Source: an uncultured virus (IMG/VR IMGVR_UViG_3300028393_000047)
Taxonomy: Duplodnaviria > Heunggongvirae > Uroviricota > Caudoviricetes
Reading direction: 5' to 3' (one strand)
IMG/VR virus record: IMGVR_UViG_3300028393_000047
Length of the DNA: 64,000 nt
Part shown: in pieces, positions 37,656-48,135 of the stretch
Numbering within the stretch: position 1 is the first letter of the stretch
Layout: the number at the start of each line of letters is the position of its first letter
The notes under the pieces: model-generated
Database searches by the model: none
What the model saw: the letters and a program-made list of their open reading frames with translations, nothing else
What the model was told of the DNA's origin: nothing
Program-made: the position numbers and the translations under genes

Positions 37656-40153
37656 TGAAATTTTACACACACTTCTCTAAACTCGGAAATCATATTCTTG
37701 TTCGTGGTTATAACAATGGCAAGAGATTCAATGATAAGATAGAATACAATCCAGTATTGTACGTATCTGCTAGTGGTAAAGACTCTGATTATAAAACACT
37801 AGACGGGCAAGCGGTTGCGCCTGTATCACAAGGCACCATGCGTGATGCTACTGAGTTTATGAAACGATATGAAGACGTTGACAACTTCAAAGTGTATGGC
37901 TCAACAAATTTCCCTTACGTTTATATCAATGAGGCGTATCCTGGTAAAGTAGATTATGATCCAGAACAAATTAAGATTGCAAATATTGACATTGAGGTTG
38001 GTTCTGAAAATGGTTTTCCTGAACCTGCGTCTGCGACTGAGCCAATTACAGCAATCACGTTTAAGATAGCTGGACACTTCTATGTGTTTGGCTGTGGTGA
38101 CTTTGAAACCAATCGTGATGACGTAACGTACATGAAGTGTCGTGATGAGAATAATCTTATCATGCGCTTCCTTGACATGTGGGAAGAAACATCTCCAGAC
38201 ATTGTAACTGGTTGGAACATTCAATTCTTTGATATTCCATATCTGAACAATCGTATCACAAAACTCATGGGCGACAATACTGCAAAACGTCTATCACCAT
38301 TTCGTAGAATCGGTGAACGTACAACTACGATCCATAACAAACAGCAAGTAGCATTTGACTTGGTGGGTATTGCTATTCTTGATTACATTGAACTATACAA
38401 GAAGTTTACATACTCACAACAAGAAAGTTTTAGTCTTAATCACATTGCGTATCTTGAACTTGGTGAAAAGAAATTAGACTACTCTGAAGTTGAAAGTCTG
38501 CATCAGTTGTACCGAACAAACTTTCAAAAGTTTATTGAGTATAACATCCATGACGTTGAACTTGTGGATCGTATTGATGCTAAGATGCAATTGATTGACA
38601 TGGCACTTGCACTTGCATATGATGCTAAAGTTAATTACACCGATGTGTTCACGCAAGTACGCATGTGGGATACTTTGATTCATAATGAATTGATTGAACA
38701 GAAGATTGTTGTTCCGCAGAATGTTCGTACACCAAAAGATGAACAGTATGCTGGCGCTTATGTAAAAGATCCAATTGTTGGTATGCATGAATGGGTTGTG
38801 TCGTTTGACTTGAACTCATTGTATCCACACTTGATTATGCAGTACAATGTTTCACCTGAAACAATTATTGAAGGTCGCCACACAAGTATCTCTATTGATA
38901 ATTTGCTGAACAGCGAATATCAAGCACAGGGTGAATATTGCATGGCAGCCAATGGGCATTACTTCAAGCGTGACAAGCAAGGCTTTCTGCCTGCTATGAT
39001 GCAACGCATGTATGATGATCGGTCATTGTACAAAAAGAAAATGATTGAGGCTCAAAAGGCTTACGAAAAAGAAACAGACAAAGAACGTAAACGTGAAATA
39101 ACAAATCAGATTTCAAAGTACAAGAACTTACAACTCGCAAAGAAAGTACAATTGAACTCCGCTTATGGCGCACTTGGTAATCAATACTTTAGGTTCTTTG
39201 ACATTCGCCAAGCAGAGGCAATTACTCTGTCTGGTCAACTAGCCATTCGATGGATTGAAATGAAGTTGAATGGTTATCTAAACAAACTATTGAAGACTAA
39301 GGATATTGATTATGTTATTGCGTCAGATACAGACTCGGTGTACGTCAATCTTGGTCCGCTGGTACATATGGTCTATGGATCGAAGAGTGAAACGAAAGTT
39401 GAAACGATTGTCGATTTCGTCAACAAAGCATGTACAGAAAAATTCGAACCATTCATCGACAAGTCGTACCAAGAACTAGCAGACTACATGAATGCATTCG
39501 ACCAGAAGATGCAGATGAAACGTGAAGTGATTGCCAACAAAGGCATCTGGACTGCAAAGAAGCGTTACATTCTAAACGTGTATGATTCTGAAGGTGTTCG
39601 ATTCGCAGAGCCAAAGCTAAAGATGATGGGCATCGAAGCTGTCAAGTCTTCCACACCAATGTCATGTAGAGATAAGATTAAAGAGTCTCTGAAGATTGTG
39701 ATGAATGGTAATGAAACAGACTTTCAATCTTTCGTTGAAGCATTCAAACAAGAATTCAAAACTCTTCCATTCGAAGACATTGCATTCCCACGTGGTGTTA
39801 GTGATCTATCTAAATACATGAGCAGTTCGGAACTATATTCAAAAGGCACACCTATGCATGTGCGTGGTGCGATAATGTTTAATACGTTTCTGAAAAAGTA
39901 TAAACTGACTAAGAAGTATCAGCTTATTCAGGATGGCGATAAGACTAAATTCTGTTACATGAAAGTTCCAAATCCCGTTCAAGAAAATGTATTTTCTATT
40001 CTGACAGTCTTACCAAAAGAGTTTGGCGTAGAAAAATATATCGACTACGATACGCAGTTTGATAAAGCATATCTTGAGCCATTAAAAACAATCGTAAACA
40101 CAATTGGTTGGAAGACAGAACGTGTTTCTTCATTGGAGAACTTTTTCACATGA
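37655..40153 (+). CDS. gp43: Family B DNA polymerase gp43
   Basis: DIEV exonuclease motif, SFDLNSLYP, KVQLNSAYG, SDTDS; single uninterrupted ORF. Confidence 0.98.
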   Translation: MKFYTHFSKLGNHILVRGYNNGKRFNDKIEYNPVLYVSASGKDSDYKTLDGQAVAPVSQGTMRDATEFMKRYEDVDNFKVYGSTNFPYVYINEAYPGKVDYDPEQIKIANIDIEVGSENGFPEPASATEPITAITFKIAGHFYVFGCGDFETNRDDVTYMKCRDENNLIMRFLDMWEETSPDIVTGWNIQFFDIPYLNNRITKLMGDNTAKRLSPFRRIGERTTTIHNKQQVAFDLVGIAILDYIELYKKFTYSQQESFSLNHIAYLELGEKKLDYSEVESLHQLYRTNFQKFIEYNIHDVELVDRIDAKMQLIDMALALAYDAKVNYTDVFTQVRMWDTLIHNELIEQKIVVPQNVRTPKDEQYAGAYVKDPIVGMHEWVVSFDLNSLYPHLIMQYNVSPETIIEGRHTSISIDNLLNSEYQAQGEYCMAANGHYFKRDKQGFLPAMMQRMYDDRSLYKKKMIEAQKAYEKETDKERKREITNQISKYKNLQLAKKVQLNSAYGALGNQYFRFFDIRQAEAITLSGQLAIRWIEMKLNGYLNKLLKTKDIDYVIASDTDSVYVNLGPLVHMVYGSKSETKVETIVDFVNKACTEKFEPFIDKSYQELADYMNAFDQKMQMKREVIANKGIWTAKKRYILNVYDSEGVRFAEPKLKMMGIEAVKSSTPMSCRDKIKESLKIVMNGNETDFQSFVEAFKQEFKTLPFEDIAFPRGVSDLSKYMSSSELYSKGTPMHVRGAIMFNTFLKKYKLTKKYQLIQDGDKTKFCYMKVPNPVQENVFSILTVLPKEFGVEKYIDYDTQFDKAYLEPLKTIVNTIGWKTERVSSLENFFT

Positions 40154-40557
40154 GTACAAAAATACCATCAGAGTACCTAGCGTTTAGAAAAGAAGATGAT
40201 TTTGGATTTAGTGCAGTTGACGAATCAACGTTAACTAGACTCACAGATCCAAATACATTAGAAGATACGGTTACTGTTAAACAAACGGTAGCACAATCTT
40301 CAGAATCTCTACAACGTGTAGAAGAAAAATTAGATTCGATGTTATCACTATACAATCAAGGTAAACTTGGACTTGATGCAGAACGTCAGAACATGATAGT
40401 AGATGTAAAAAAGAATCTAAAAGAATTAGAACAACTCATTATGCCTTTGCTTGTTAACCTGATGAAGAATCCAGAGAAAGAATATATCTATTGGCCGAAT
40501 CGTACTGCAAAGATTCAAGAACAGATTGATAAGGTGTTGTTGTTAACTAGAGGATAA
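40150..40557 (+). CDS. Conserved hypothetical protein
   Basis: DDFGFSAVDE...PLLVNLMKNPEKEYIYWPNR; ATGA-coupled to gp43. Confidence 0.65.
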   Translation: MSTKIPSEYLAFRKEDDFGFSAVDESTLTRLTDPNTLEDTVTVKQTVAQSSESLQRVEEKLDSMLSLYNQGKLGLDAERQNMIVDVKKNLKELEQLIMPLLVNLMKNPEKEYIYWPNRTAKIQEQIDKVLLLTRG

Positions 40558-40559
40558 TT

Positions 40560-41546
40560 ATGCTATTTGCTTTGATTACATTATTGAGTGCAATATCTCT
40601 TTCTGCTATTGCCGCATACTATTCTGTTATTGGTCTAATGGCTATCTTTGCGGCTAGCCCCATTCCAATTGCAATCATGGGTGGTGCGCTTGAATTTTCT
40701 AAACTCATTGCCGCATCATGGGCATATAAGAATTGGACAATTGCACCAAGATTTTTGAAGTACTATTTTACAATAGCAGTTATAATTTTAATGTTCATTA
40801 CATCATTGGGAATCTTTGGATATCTTTCTAAAGCACACAACGATCAAAATTTAGTAAGTGGTGATGTACAAGCACAGATTGCACTTATCGATGAGAAGAT
40901 TAAAGTTGAAAAGGATAATATAGATGTTAATCGCAAAACTCTCAAACAGATGGATGAAGCTGTGGACCAAGTTATGGTTCGTTCAACAAACGAAAAGGGT
41001 GCAGAAAAAGCGGCAAGTCTACGCAAAGCCCAACAGGCTGAACGTGGTCGCTTACTTAAAGAAATCGAAACATATAACAAGCGGGTTTCGACTCTTAATG
41101 AAGAAAGAGCACCTATCGCCACCGAAATTCGTAAAGTGGAAGCAGAAGTTGGTCCGATTAAATATATTGCGGCGCTAATCTACGGCGACAGCGTTGATTC
41201 CAGTTTACTAGATAAGTCTGTACGATTCGTTATTATTCTTTTGGTTCTTGTGTTTGACCCAATGGCAGTCTTGCTTGTTATCGCTGGTAACTTTTCTCTG
41301 AGGCAAATAGCAAGAAAAAAAGAAGAAAAGTCTGGTGGATATCAGATTGATATTCCATCTGCTGAAGTTGCACCAAAACAAAAAAGAAAACAAAAAACAC
41401 AAACGGCACAACAATCTACTGGTGATGAAAATTTGAATGCATCACTCATGGAACCCATACCCATGACAAAAGAAGAACTGGAAGATTTTAAACGCAAATA
41501 CACCAGAGATGGTAGATCAAAATTTGCAAAGTACGCAGACACTTGA
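40560..41546 (+). CDS. Membrane protein with central coiled coil
   Basis: Three N-terminal hydrophobic segments, coiled coil, EVGPIKY, further TM segment. Confidence 0.7.
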   Translation: MLFALITLLSAISLSAIAAYYSVIGLMAIFAASPIPIAIMGGALEFSKLIAASWAYKNWTIAPRFLKYYFTIAVIILMFITSLGIFGYLSKAHNDQNLVSGDVQAQIALIDEKIKVEKDNIDVNRKTLKQMDEAVDQVMVRSTNEKGAEKAASLRKAQQAERGRLLKEIETYNKRVSTLNEERAPIATEIRKVEAEVGPIKYIAALIYGDSVDSSLLDKSVRFVIILLVLVFDPMAVLLVIAGNFSLRQIARKKEEKSGGYQIDIPSAEVAPKQKRKQKTQTAQQSTGDENLNASLMEPIPMTKEELEDFKRKYTRDGRSKFAKYADT

Positions 41547-41571
41547 TTTTTCGTTCGATTAATGTTATAAT
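41543..41571 (+). promoter_or_regulatory. Sigma70-like promoter for uvsX
   Basis: TTGATT-17 nt-TATAAT with TGn. Confidence 0.65.
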
Positions 41572-41605
41572 AATTTATTGTGTAATAATATAAAAGGTGA
41601 TTGAT

Positions 41606-42679
41606 ATGAGTAATTTTTTTACAGATTTAGTTGAGCAATTGAAAGATGATGACACAAAGATTCTTTCTGATGGTGGCGCATCGGCAGAGTTTAGTGGTAG
41701 CATTGACACTGGCTCTTATGCACTTAATGCACTACTGAGTGGTAGCATCTATGGTGGTGTACCAAACAACAAAGTGACAGCATTTGCTGGCGAGTCTTCA
41801 ACGGGTAAGACTTTCTTTGTGCTTGGTGTTATCAAACAATTTCTTGATGCAAATCCTGATGGCGGTGTTATCTACTTTGACACCGAAGCGGCAGTCACAA
41901 AGTCTATGATGGACAGTCGTGGTGTAGACACTAAACGAGTTGTTATCTCTGAACCAGATACGATTCAAAAGTTTCGTCATACTGCATTGCAAATCATTGA
42001 AAAGTATCAAGCACAAAAAGAATCAGCACGTAAGCCAATGATGATGGTTCTCGATTCTCTTGGTCAGTTATCTTCTACAAAAGAAATGGAAGATACTGCT
42101 GAAGGCAAAGAAACAAAAGACATGACTAAGAGTGCAATTCTCAAAGCGACATTTCGTGTGTTAAATTTGAAACTTGCTAAGATTGGTGTGCCTTTGATCG
42201 TAACAAATCACGTTTATGATGTTGTTGGTTCATATGTGCCAATGAAAGAAATGTCTGGTGGTTCTGGTTTGAAGTACACAGCATCTACAATCGTATATCT
42301 GTCTAAGAAGAAAGACAAAGATGGTACTGAAGTTATCGGTAACATTGTTAAAGCAAAATTGCACAAGAGCCGTTTAACAAAAGAAAATAAATTTGTTGAA
42401 ATCAAAATCACATACAGCAAAGGCTTAGATCGTTATTACGGATTGCTTGACATTGCAGAAAAGTATGGCATTATTAAGAAAGTGTCTACGCAATACGTAT
42501 TGTCGAATGGTGTGAAAGTCTTTGGTAAGAACATTAATGCTGAACCAGAAAAGTATTTCACTAAAGAAATTCTAGACTTGATCGATGAAGCATGTAAAAA
42601 AGAATTCATGTACGGACAAGATGCAGTTGAGGGTGTTGTTGATGATGAAGTAGAATTGGAGTTAGCAAATGAAGATTGA
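41606..42679 (+). CDS. uvsX: RecA-like recombinase UvsX
   Basis: [28 protein letters not shown]. Confidence 0.95.
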   Translation: MSNFFTDLVEQLKDDDTKILSDGGASAEFSGSIDTGSYALNALLSGSIYGGVPNNKVTAFAGESSTGKTFFVLGVIKQFLDANPDGGVIYFDTEAAVTKSMMDSRGVDTKRVVISEPDTIQKFRHTALQIIEKYQAQKESARKPMMMVLDSLGQLSSTKEMEDTAEGKETKDMTKSAILKATFRVLNLKLAKIGVPLIVTNHVYDVVGSYVPMKEMSGGSGLKYTASTIVYLSKKKDKDGTEVIGNIVKAKLHKSRLTKENKFVEIKITYSKGLDRYYGLLDIAEKYGIIKKVSTQYVLSNGVKVFGKNINAEPEKYFTKEILDLIDEACKKEFMYGQDAVEGVVDDEVELELANED

Positions 42680-43013
42680 TGAAGATTATGAAATCACACA
42701 GCGTGATATCAAATATAAAGACAAAGATACAGTCGCATCTATTAAAATTAATTCTGGTAAATATAAAGATGTTGAATTTACTTTTGGTGAAATTAATTTC
42801 TCCGAAGAAGAAAATCCTGACGGAACGTATTCAATTGGCTTCAACTATGATATAATAGATGAAGAACACAAAGCGTTACATGGTAACAATGACTTTGAAG
42901 CGCACCTCGGTGAAATTTTAAATGATCTTCTAAGACACTCATTAGACGAAGCAGAAAAAAGGTATAAGAATGAACTTGGAACAAAAAATACTGAAACACC
43001 TGATATTGGATGA
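42669..43013 (+). CDS. Hypothetical protein at the T4 gp40 position
   Basis: Between uvsX and gp41; acidic, 114 aa. Confidence 0.5.
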   Translation: MKIDEDYEITQRDIKYKDKDTVASIKINSGKYKDVEFTFGEINFSEEENPDGTYSIGFNYDIIDEEHKALHGNNDFEAHLGEILNDLLRHSLDEAEKRYKNELGTKNTETPDIG

Positions 43014-44385
43014 AGAGTATACACGAAAGACTTTACCATTCATTAGAGGAGAGTATTTTCAAGATTCTTCAGAAAAATTATTGTTTTCTGAAATTGAAAG
43101 TTATGTAAATAAGTATAACACAATGCCAACGCAAGAAGCATTGGCTATTGAGATTGACAAGAGAGTTAATCTAACAGATGACCAACACAAGAAAACTATT
43201 GCGTTAGTCAAACAAATCACAATTGATCCTGAGGTGTCCGACACCAAATGGTTGATTGACGCCACAGAAGATTTCTGCCAAGAGAAAGCTATCTATAATG
43301 GCATCATGCAAAGCATTCAGATTCTTGATGACAAGAATAAGAACAATACAGAAAAACTTGATAAAGGTTCAATCCCTAAAATCCTAGCAGATGCGCTTTC
43401 GGTTTCTTTTGACAATCACATTGGGCACGATTTTATTGATGACGCAGAAACACGATATGATTTCTATCATAAAGTTGAAAGACGAATCCCATTCGATCTC
43501 GACTATTTGAATAGAATCACTAAAGGTGGGCTTGCAGAAAAATCTCTGAACATCGTTCTTGCTGGTACTGGTGTTGGTAAATCTTTGTTCATGTGTCATT
43601 GTGCGGCAGCCAATCTGACAATGGGCAAGAACGTTCTCTACATCACAATGGAAATGGCTGAAGAACGTATTGCAGAACGTATTGATGCTAACTTGATGAA
43701 TGTTGAACTTGACAGATTGATTGGTATGCCTAAAGACGTATACTTGAAGAAAGTTGAAACTCTACGTGAGAAGACTAAAGGTAAGTTAATCATCAAAGAA
43801 TATCCAACCGCTAGTGCAAACGTAAATCACTTTGCACATTTGTTGAATGAGTTGAAATTGAAACGTCAATTTGTTCCTGATATCATTTACATTGACTATC
43901 TAAACATCTGTTCTTCCGCACGTATGAAGATGGGCTCTTCTATAAACTCTTACACATATATTAAAGCAATTGCAGAAGAATTGCGTGGACTTGCAGTTGA
44001 GCATAAAGTGCCTGTCGTATCAGCTACACAAACAACAAGAAGTGGTTTCACAAACTCTGACGTTGGGCTTGAAGATACTTCAGAATCGTTTGGTCTGCCA
44101 GCTACAGCAGATTTGATGTTTGCTTTGATTTCAACCGAAGAACTTGCAGACTTAAATCAGATCATGGTCAAGCAGTTGAAGAATCGTTACAGCGATCCAA
44201 CAACAAACAAACGTTTTGTGATTGGTGTTGACAGAGCAAAAATGAAACTCTATGATGCAGAAGAGTCAGCACAAACTAACATTTCCGATAGTGGACAAAT
44301 TGAAGATGACAAACCCGCATTTGATAAGTCTGGATTCGGCAAACGAATGCAAAAAAACCGAGACTTTGGCAATCTAAAGGTATAA
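42970..44385 (+). CDS. gp41: Replicative helicase gp41
   Basis: AGTGVGKS, EMAEE, IDYLN, SATQTTR, SESFGLPATAD, QLKNRY. Confidence 0.97.
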   Translation: MNLEQKILKHLILDEEYTRKTLPFIRGEYFQDSSEKLLFSEIESYVNKYNTMPTQEALAIEIDKRVNLTDDQHKKTIALVKQITIDPEVSDTKWLIDATEDFCQEKAIYNGIMQSIQILDDKNKNNTEKLDKGSIPKILADALSVSFDNHIGHDFIDDAETRYDFYHKVERRIPFDLDYLNRITKGGLAEKSLNIVLAGTGVGKSLFMCHCAAANLTMGKNVLYITMEMAEERIAERIDANLMNVELDRLIGMPKDVYLKKVETLREKTKGKLIIKEYPTASANVNHFAHLLNELKLKRQFVPDIIYIDYLNICSSARMKMGSSINSYTYIKAIAEELRGLAVEHKVPVVSATQTTRSGFTNSDVGLEDTSESFGLPATADLMFALISTEELADLNQIMVKQLKNRYSDPTTNKRFVIGVDRAKMKLYDAEESAQTNISDSGQIEDDKPAFDKSGFGKRMQKNRDFGNLKV

Positions 44386-44424
44386 TTTCATAATGTGAAA
44401 TATACTCCTTTCCCTAAATATCCC

Positions 44425-44453
44425 TTGACAAGATGCCGTAACTGCATTACAAT
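44425..44453 (+). promoter_or_regulatory. Sigma70-like promoter
   Basis: TTGACA-17 nt-TACAAT. Confidence 0.7.
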
Positions 44454-44479
44454 AGATATGCTAGGAAAGGAACTCAAAA

Positions 44480-44959
44480 ATGAAACTCATTCTCAGGACA
44501 AAAGGGGTAACCTTGACGCCAAGGGATAGAAAGATTTTAAAGATGGCTACGCATTTTTATGCAAGCCGTTTGATGAGCGAGCGATTGTCGGATTCTTTAG
44601 AAATCAACGTAAACGTCATAAAAGATTTTTATACAAAAAACAAAATACTTGGTGAAGCGTTTCCTAAAGATGATGTTCTAGGACTACCAAGCAATAAACA
44701 ATTTGTAATAAATTTGGAATGGAATAAAATGGGCAAGCGTGTTTTACAATGTCTTGCACATGAAATGGTTCACATAAAGCAATATGCAAAAGGTGAATTA
44801 AAATTCCATGAAAAAAGGAACTTGGTAACGTTTCAACGAGAACAATATCAAGGTGATGAATATTGGGAATCATTATGGGAGATTGAAGCATATGGACGTG
44901 AAATTGGCCTTTATCAAAAATTTAAACCTACTCTTAGATTACTTAAGAAAGACATTTGA
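44480..44959 (+). CDS. HExxH zinc metallopeptidase-like protein
   Basis: LAHEMVHIKQY...WEIEAY. Confidence 0.75.
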   Translation: MKLILRTKGVTLTPRDRKILKMATHFYASRLMSERLSDSLEINVNVIKDFYTKNKILGEAFPKDDVLGLPSNKQFVINLEWNKMGKRVLQCLAHEMVHIKQYAKGELKFHEKRNLVTFQREQYQGDEYWESLWEIEAYGREIGLYQKFKPTLRLLKKDI

Positions 44960-44960
44960 A

Positions 44961-45248
44961 ATGATTAAAATTACAGAATGGTATAACTGGGTTGTACTTC
45001 AATTTGGTGAGATTTGTGGTTGGATTGGATTGATTCTAATTCATGGCTCTACAGTACCAGTAACATACTTAGCAATTCAAGGTGAACCAACAGTATTGCC
45101 CCCATTAAGTATGGTTATATTAATCTGGAGTGGTTTACTGTTATTCTTTATTCGTTCAGCAATTACAAAAGATAAACTCTATATGCTATCAAACGGTATT
45201 GGGTTTTTCTTGCAAAGTATTATGTTAGCATTCTTGGTGTTAAAATGA
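44961..45248 (+). CDS. Small three-TM membrane protein (PQ-loop/SemiSWEET-like)
   Basis: GWIGLILIHGSTVP, SMVILIWSGLLL, D...N pattern of a triple-helix bundle. Confidence 0.5.
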   Translation: MIKITEWYNWVVLQFGEICGWIGLILIHGSTVPVTYLAIQGEPTVLPPLSMVILIWSGLLLFFIRSAITKDKLYMLSNGIGFFLQSIMLAFLVLK

Positions 45249-45445
45249 CAACTATCAATAGAATTGCAGAATACAATGCTGAGATATATCGTAACATGCA
45301 GATTAAAAATGCAGAACGCAGGCTTGACGAGTTACGACTAGAAGAACGCAGAACTAAACAAATACGTGAAGTGGCAGAACAAGCACGAATTGAAAATAAT
45401 CGTATGATGAATCGTAATGGACAGAATGTAGACAGAATGGCATAG
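45245..45445 (+). CDS. Hypothetical protein
   Basis: Coupled 66-aa ORF ending GQNVDRMA. Confidence 0.55.
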   Translation: MTTINRIAEYNAEIYRNMQIKNAERRLDELRLEERRTKQIREVAEQARIENNRMMNRNGQNVDRMA

Positions 45446-45446
45446 A

Positions 45447-46094
45447 GTGAAATCTATATCATTGTTTGTTAATCATCCAGAATGCTCTACGGATTGTTGT
45501 GATGGAATGATTAAAGCATTATCGTCAAATTACAAGATTAATTTATTCAATACAGATAGTGATTTACTGACAGTTTTGAACAATACAGATATTGTTGCAT
45601 TTCCTGGAGGTATCGGAGATGCAGATTCTTATGATAAATTCTTTAGACGCAAACGTGCTAATATGATAGCAGATTTTGTTGAATCTAAAGGATATTATCT
45701 CGGAATATGTATGGGTGCATATTGGGCTGGCAGTCACTATTTTGATATACTAGATGATATTGAACCTGTTCAGTATATTAAACAAAATACAGCAGATATT
45801 CGTAGATCATATTCTACTGTAGCAAATGTTACTTGGAACGGCAAACCTGAAACGTTGTTTTTTTACGATGGATGTGCATTGACAGGCAATCTAGAACGTG
45901 CTAAAATAGTATCTACTTATGCGAATGGTGACGCTATGGCAATCATTCAAAATCGTGTGGGTGTGATTGGTTGTCATCCTGAGAGTCAGAAGTATTGGTA
46001 TGAAAAGCCTAGAGGGTATATATCAAAACATTGGCACGAAGAACGAAACCATAAATTATTGTTAAACTTTGTTGACGAACTTACATCATGTTAA
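45447..46094 (+). CDS. BPL_N / class I glutamine-amidotransferase-like protein
   Basis: FPGG, YLGICMGAY nucleophile elbow, GCHPE. Confidence 0.8.
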   Translation: MKSISLFVNHPECSTDCCDGMIKALSSNYKINLFNTDSDLLTVLNNTDIVAFPGGIGDADSYDKFFRRKRANMIADFVESKGYYLGICMGAYWAGSHYFDILDDIEPVQYIKQNTADIRRSYSTVANVTWNGKPETLFFYDGCALTGNLERAKIVSTYANGDAMAIIQNRVGVIGCHPESQKYWYEKPRGYISKHWHEERNHKLLLNFVDELTSC

Positions 46095-46426
46095 TTTACA
46101 CATATCAAAAATCAAAGAAGAAAAAAACTCCTGCAAAGAAAGTTGCAGAGTATGAAACTTGGCTAAAGAATCTTCCGACAACTTCATTTTCTAAAGGTTT
46201 CAAAAAGCCTAAGATAGTAGAAGCATACAAACCCCCAAAAGCAAACATTCGTGAAACTCCCAACTATCCCAGTTTAGCTACAGTTGGCGACAATTGCACT
46301 AAGCCTGTTTATGGAAAAGTTTACACTGGTGACAAGATGATTGGCATCGGCACGTTGCACAAAAGCAATGCAGTTCCTATTTTTTCTAATGATGACGCAA
46401 AAGATCAAGCATTGATGCGAAGATAA
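46088..46426 (+). CDS. Conserved hypothetical protein
   Basis: YTG...IGTLHKSNAVPIF. Confidence 0.65.
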   Translation: MLIYTYQKSKKKKTPAKKVAEYETWLKNLPTTSFSKGFKKPKIVEAYKPPKANIRETPNYPSLATVGDNCTKPVYGKVYTGDKMIGIGTLHKSNAVPIFSNDDAKDQALMRR

Positions 46427-46427
46427 T

Positions 46428-46435
46428 TATAAATA
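46428..46435 (+). promoter_or_regulatory. Late promoter TATAAATA
   Basis: Exact consensus 25 nt before the 46461 ATG. Confidence 0.75.
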
Positions 46436-46460
46436 GGTCTATTGCAACGACAGACCTATT

Positions 46461-47687
46461 ATGTTTAAATTTAAAGAATACCTTATTGAAAAGAAAAACA
46501 CTCACATGGAACATGCGGAAGACGATGTTCTCAATGGTGGTGTTGAAGGTACTAGAGATAGCATAAACGCACTCAGAGCGGTGCGTGATATGCTTGCTGG
46601 ACATTCCAAAAGCAAAGTTGACATTTCAGTCAAGTGGGATGGTGCGCCAGCAGTCTTTGCAGGACAAGACCCAACAGACGGCAAATTCTTTGTTGCGAAA
46701 AAAGGCGTCTTCAATAAAAATCCCAAAGTGTATAAAACTCCAGCAGAAGTTGATGCAGACACATCTGGCGACTTAGCAGACAAACTCAAAGCATGTTTGA
46801 TGTATTTGCCTAAGATCAACATCAAAGGTGTCATTCAAGGCGACTTGCTATTCACACAAGCAGACTTAAAGACAGAAACAATTGAAGGTGAATCGTATGT
46901 TACGTTTCATCCAAATACTTTAGTCTATGCAGTACCGACAGAAACTGAACTTGCTAAAGAGATACAAAAAGCAAAGATTGGTATCGTTTGGCATACAATT
47001 TACGAAGGTGATTCGTTTGAGACACTATCAGCAGTCTTTGGTAAAGACATTCTAAGCACACTTACAAAAAATTCAAACGTTTGGATGACAAGTGCAGTCT
47101 ATCACGATGTGTCTGGTAAAGCTACGTTGACACAAGCAGAGAGTGACGAAGTGACAGCAATTCTATCTGATGCTGGAAAGATATTCCAAAAATTAGATGC
47201 CGCTACTCTAAACTACATTAATACAGATGAAGATTTGATTGAACGCATTAAGACATTCAACAATTCAAAAGTACGTCAACAGTTGAAAATCACAAACGTC
47301 AAAGCGCACGTTAAAGAATTGATTACATACATTGAAGATTACTACGAGAAACAGGCTGAAGGTAAAGGTGAACGTGGTCGTGCTACTCAGATGCTAAAGA
47401 AAAGCAAAGTACTTAAATTCTTCTCGCCAAAAAACAAATCACATTTAGAAGACATTTTCACAATGATGAATCTATTAGCAGAAGCGAAGTTGATTTTGAT
47501 TAAGAAAATGGATGAAGTTAAGACGTTGAATACTTTCTTGTTGACTAAAAAAGGTTACGAAGTAACTGGTGTTGAGGGGTATGTTGCTATTGACAAGATC
47601 AAAGGCAATGCAGTCAAGTTAGTTGACAGAATGCAATTCAGCTATGCAAACTTCTCACCTGATATCATTAAAGGTTGGCAGAGGTAA
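46461..47687 (+). CDS. DUF6267-like protein with ligase-type nucleotidyltransferase motifs
   Basis: KNTHMEH, SVKWDGAPA (KxDG), QGDLLF, EGYV, KLVDR; N-terminus MFKFKEYLIE. Confidence 0.65.
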   Translation: MFKFKEYLIEKKNTHMEHAEDDVLNGGVEGTRDSINALRAVRDMLAGHSKSKVDISVKWDGAPAVFAGQDPTDGKFFVAKKGVFNKNPKVYKTPAEVDADTSGDLADKLKACLMYLPKINIKGVIQGDLLFTQADLKTETIEGESYVTFHPNTLVYAVPTETELAKEIQKAKIGIVWHTIYEGDSFETLSAVFGKDILSTLTKNSNVWMTSAVYHDVSGKATLTQAESDEVTAILSDAGKIFQKLDAATLNYINTDEDLIERIKTFNNSKVRQQLKITNVKAHVKELITYIEDYYEKQAEGKGERGRATQMLKKSKVLKFFSPKNKSHLEDIFTMMNLLAEAKLILIKKMDEVKTLNTFLLTKKGYEVTGVEGYVAIDKIKGNAVKLVDRMQFSYANFSPDIIKGWQR

Positions 47688-47751
47688 TAAGGTTTAAATT
47701 GAAACCGGACACCTTTATGTATACATCGGGTAACTATTTTTAACGGCAAAT

Positions 47752-48135
47752 ATGTCATATTCTCAAAAAGTTTTAGATCATTACGAAAATCCACGAAATG
47801 TGGGATCATTTGATAAAGATGCTGATAACATAGGCACTGGTATGGTGGGTGCGCCAGCATGTGGCGATGTTATGAAACTTCAAATTAAAGTAGAAGAAGG
47901 AATAATTACAGATGCAAAATTCAAAACATACGGCTGTGGAAGTGCAATTGCATCCAGCAGTCTTGTCACAGAGTGGGTCAAGGGCAGAACACTTGACGAA
48001 GCAGGAAAGATATCTAATTCACAAATTGCTGAAGAACTTGCCTTACCACCGGTTAAAATTCATTGTTCAATACTTGCAGAAGATGCTATAAAGGCGGCCA
48101 TAAATGATTACAATAACAGATGTTGCAAAGTCTAA
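47752..48135 (+). CDS. iscU: Fe-S cluster scaffold IscU
   Basis: YSQKVLDHYENPRNVG, APACGD, GCGSA, LPPVKIHCS. Confidence 0.97.
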   Translation: MSYSQKVLDHYENPRNVGSFDKDADNIGTGMVGAPACGDVMKLQIKVEEGIITDAKFKTYGCGSAIASSSLVTEWVKGRTLDEAGKISNSQIAEELALPPVKIHCSILAEDAIKAAINDYNNRCCKV

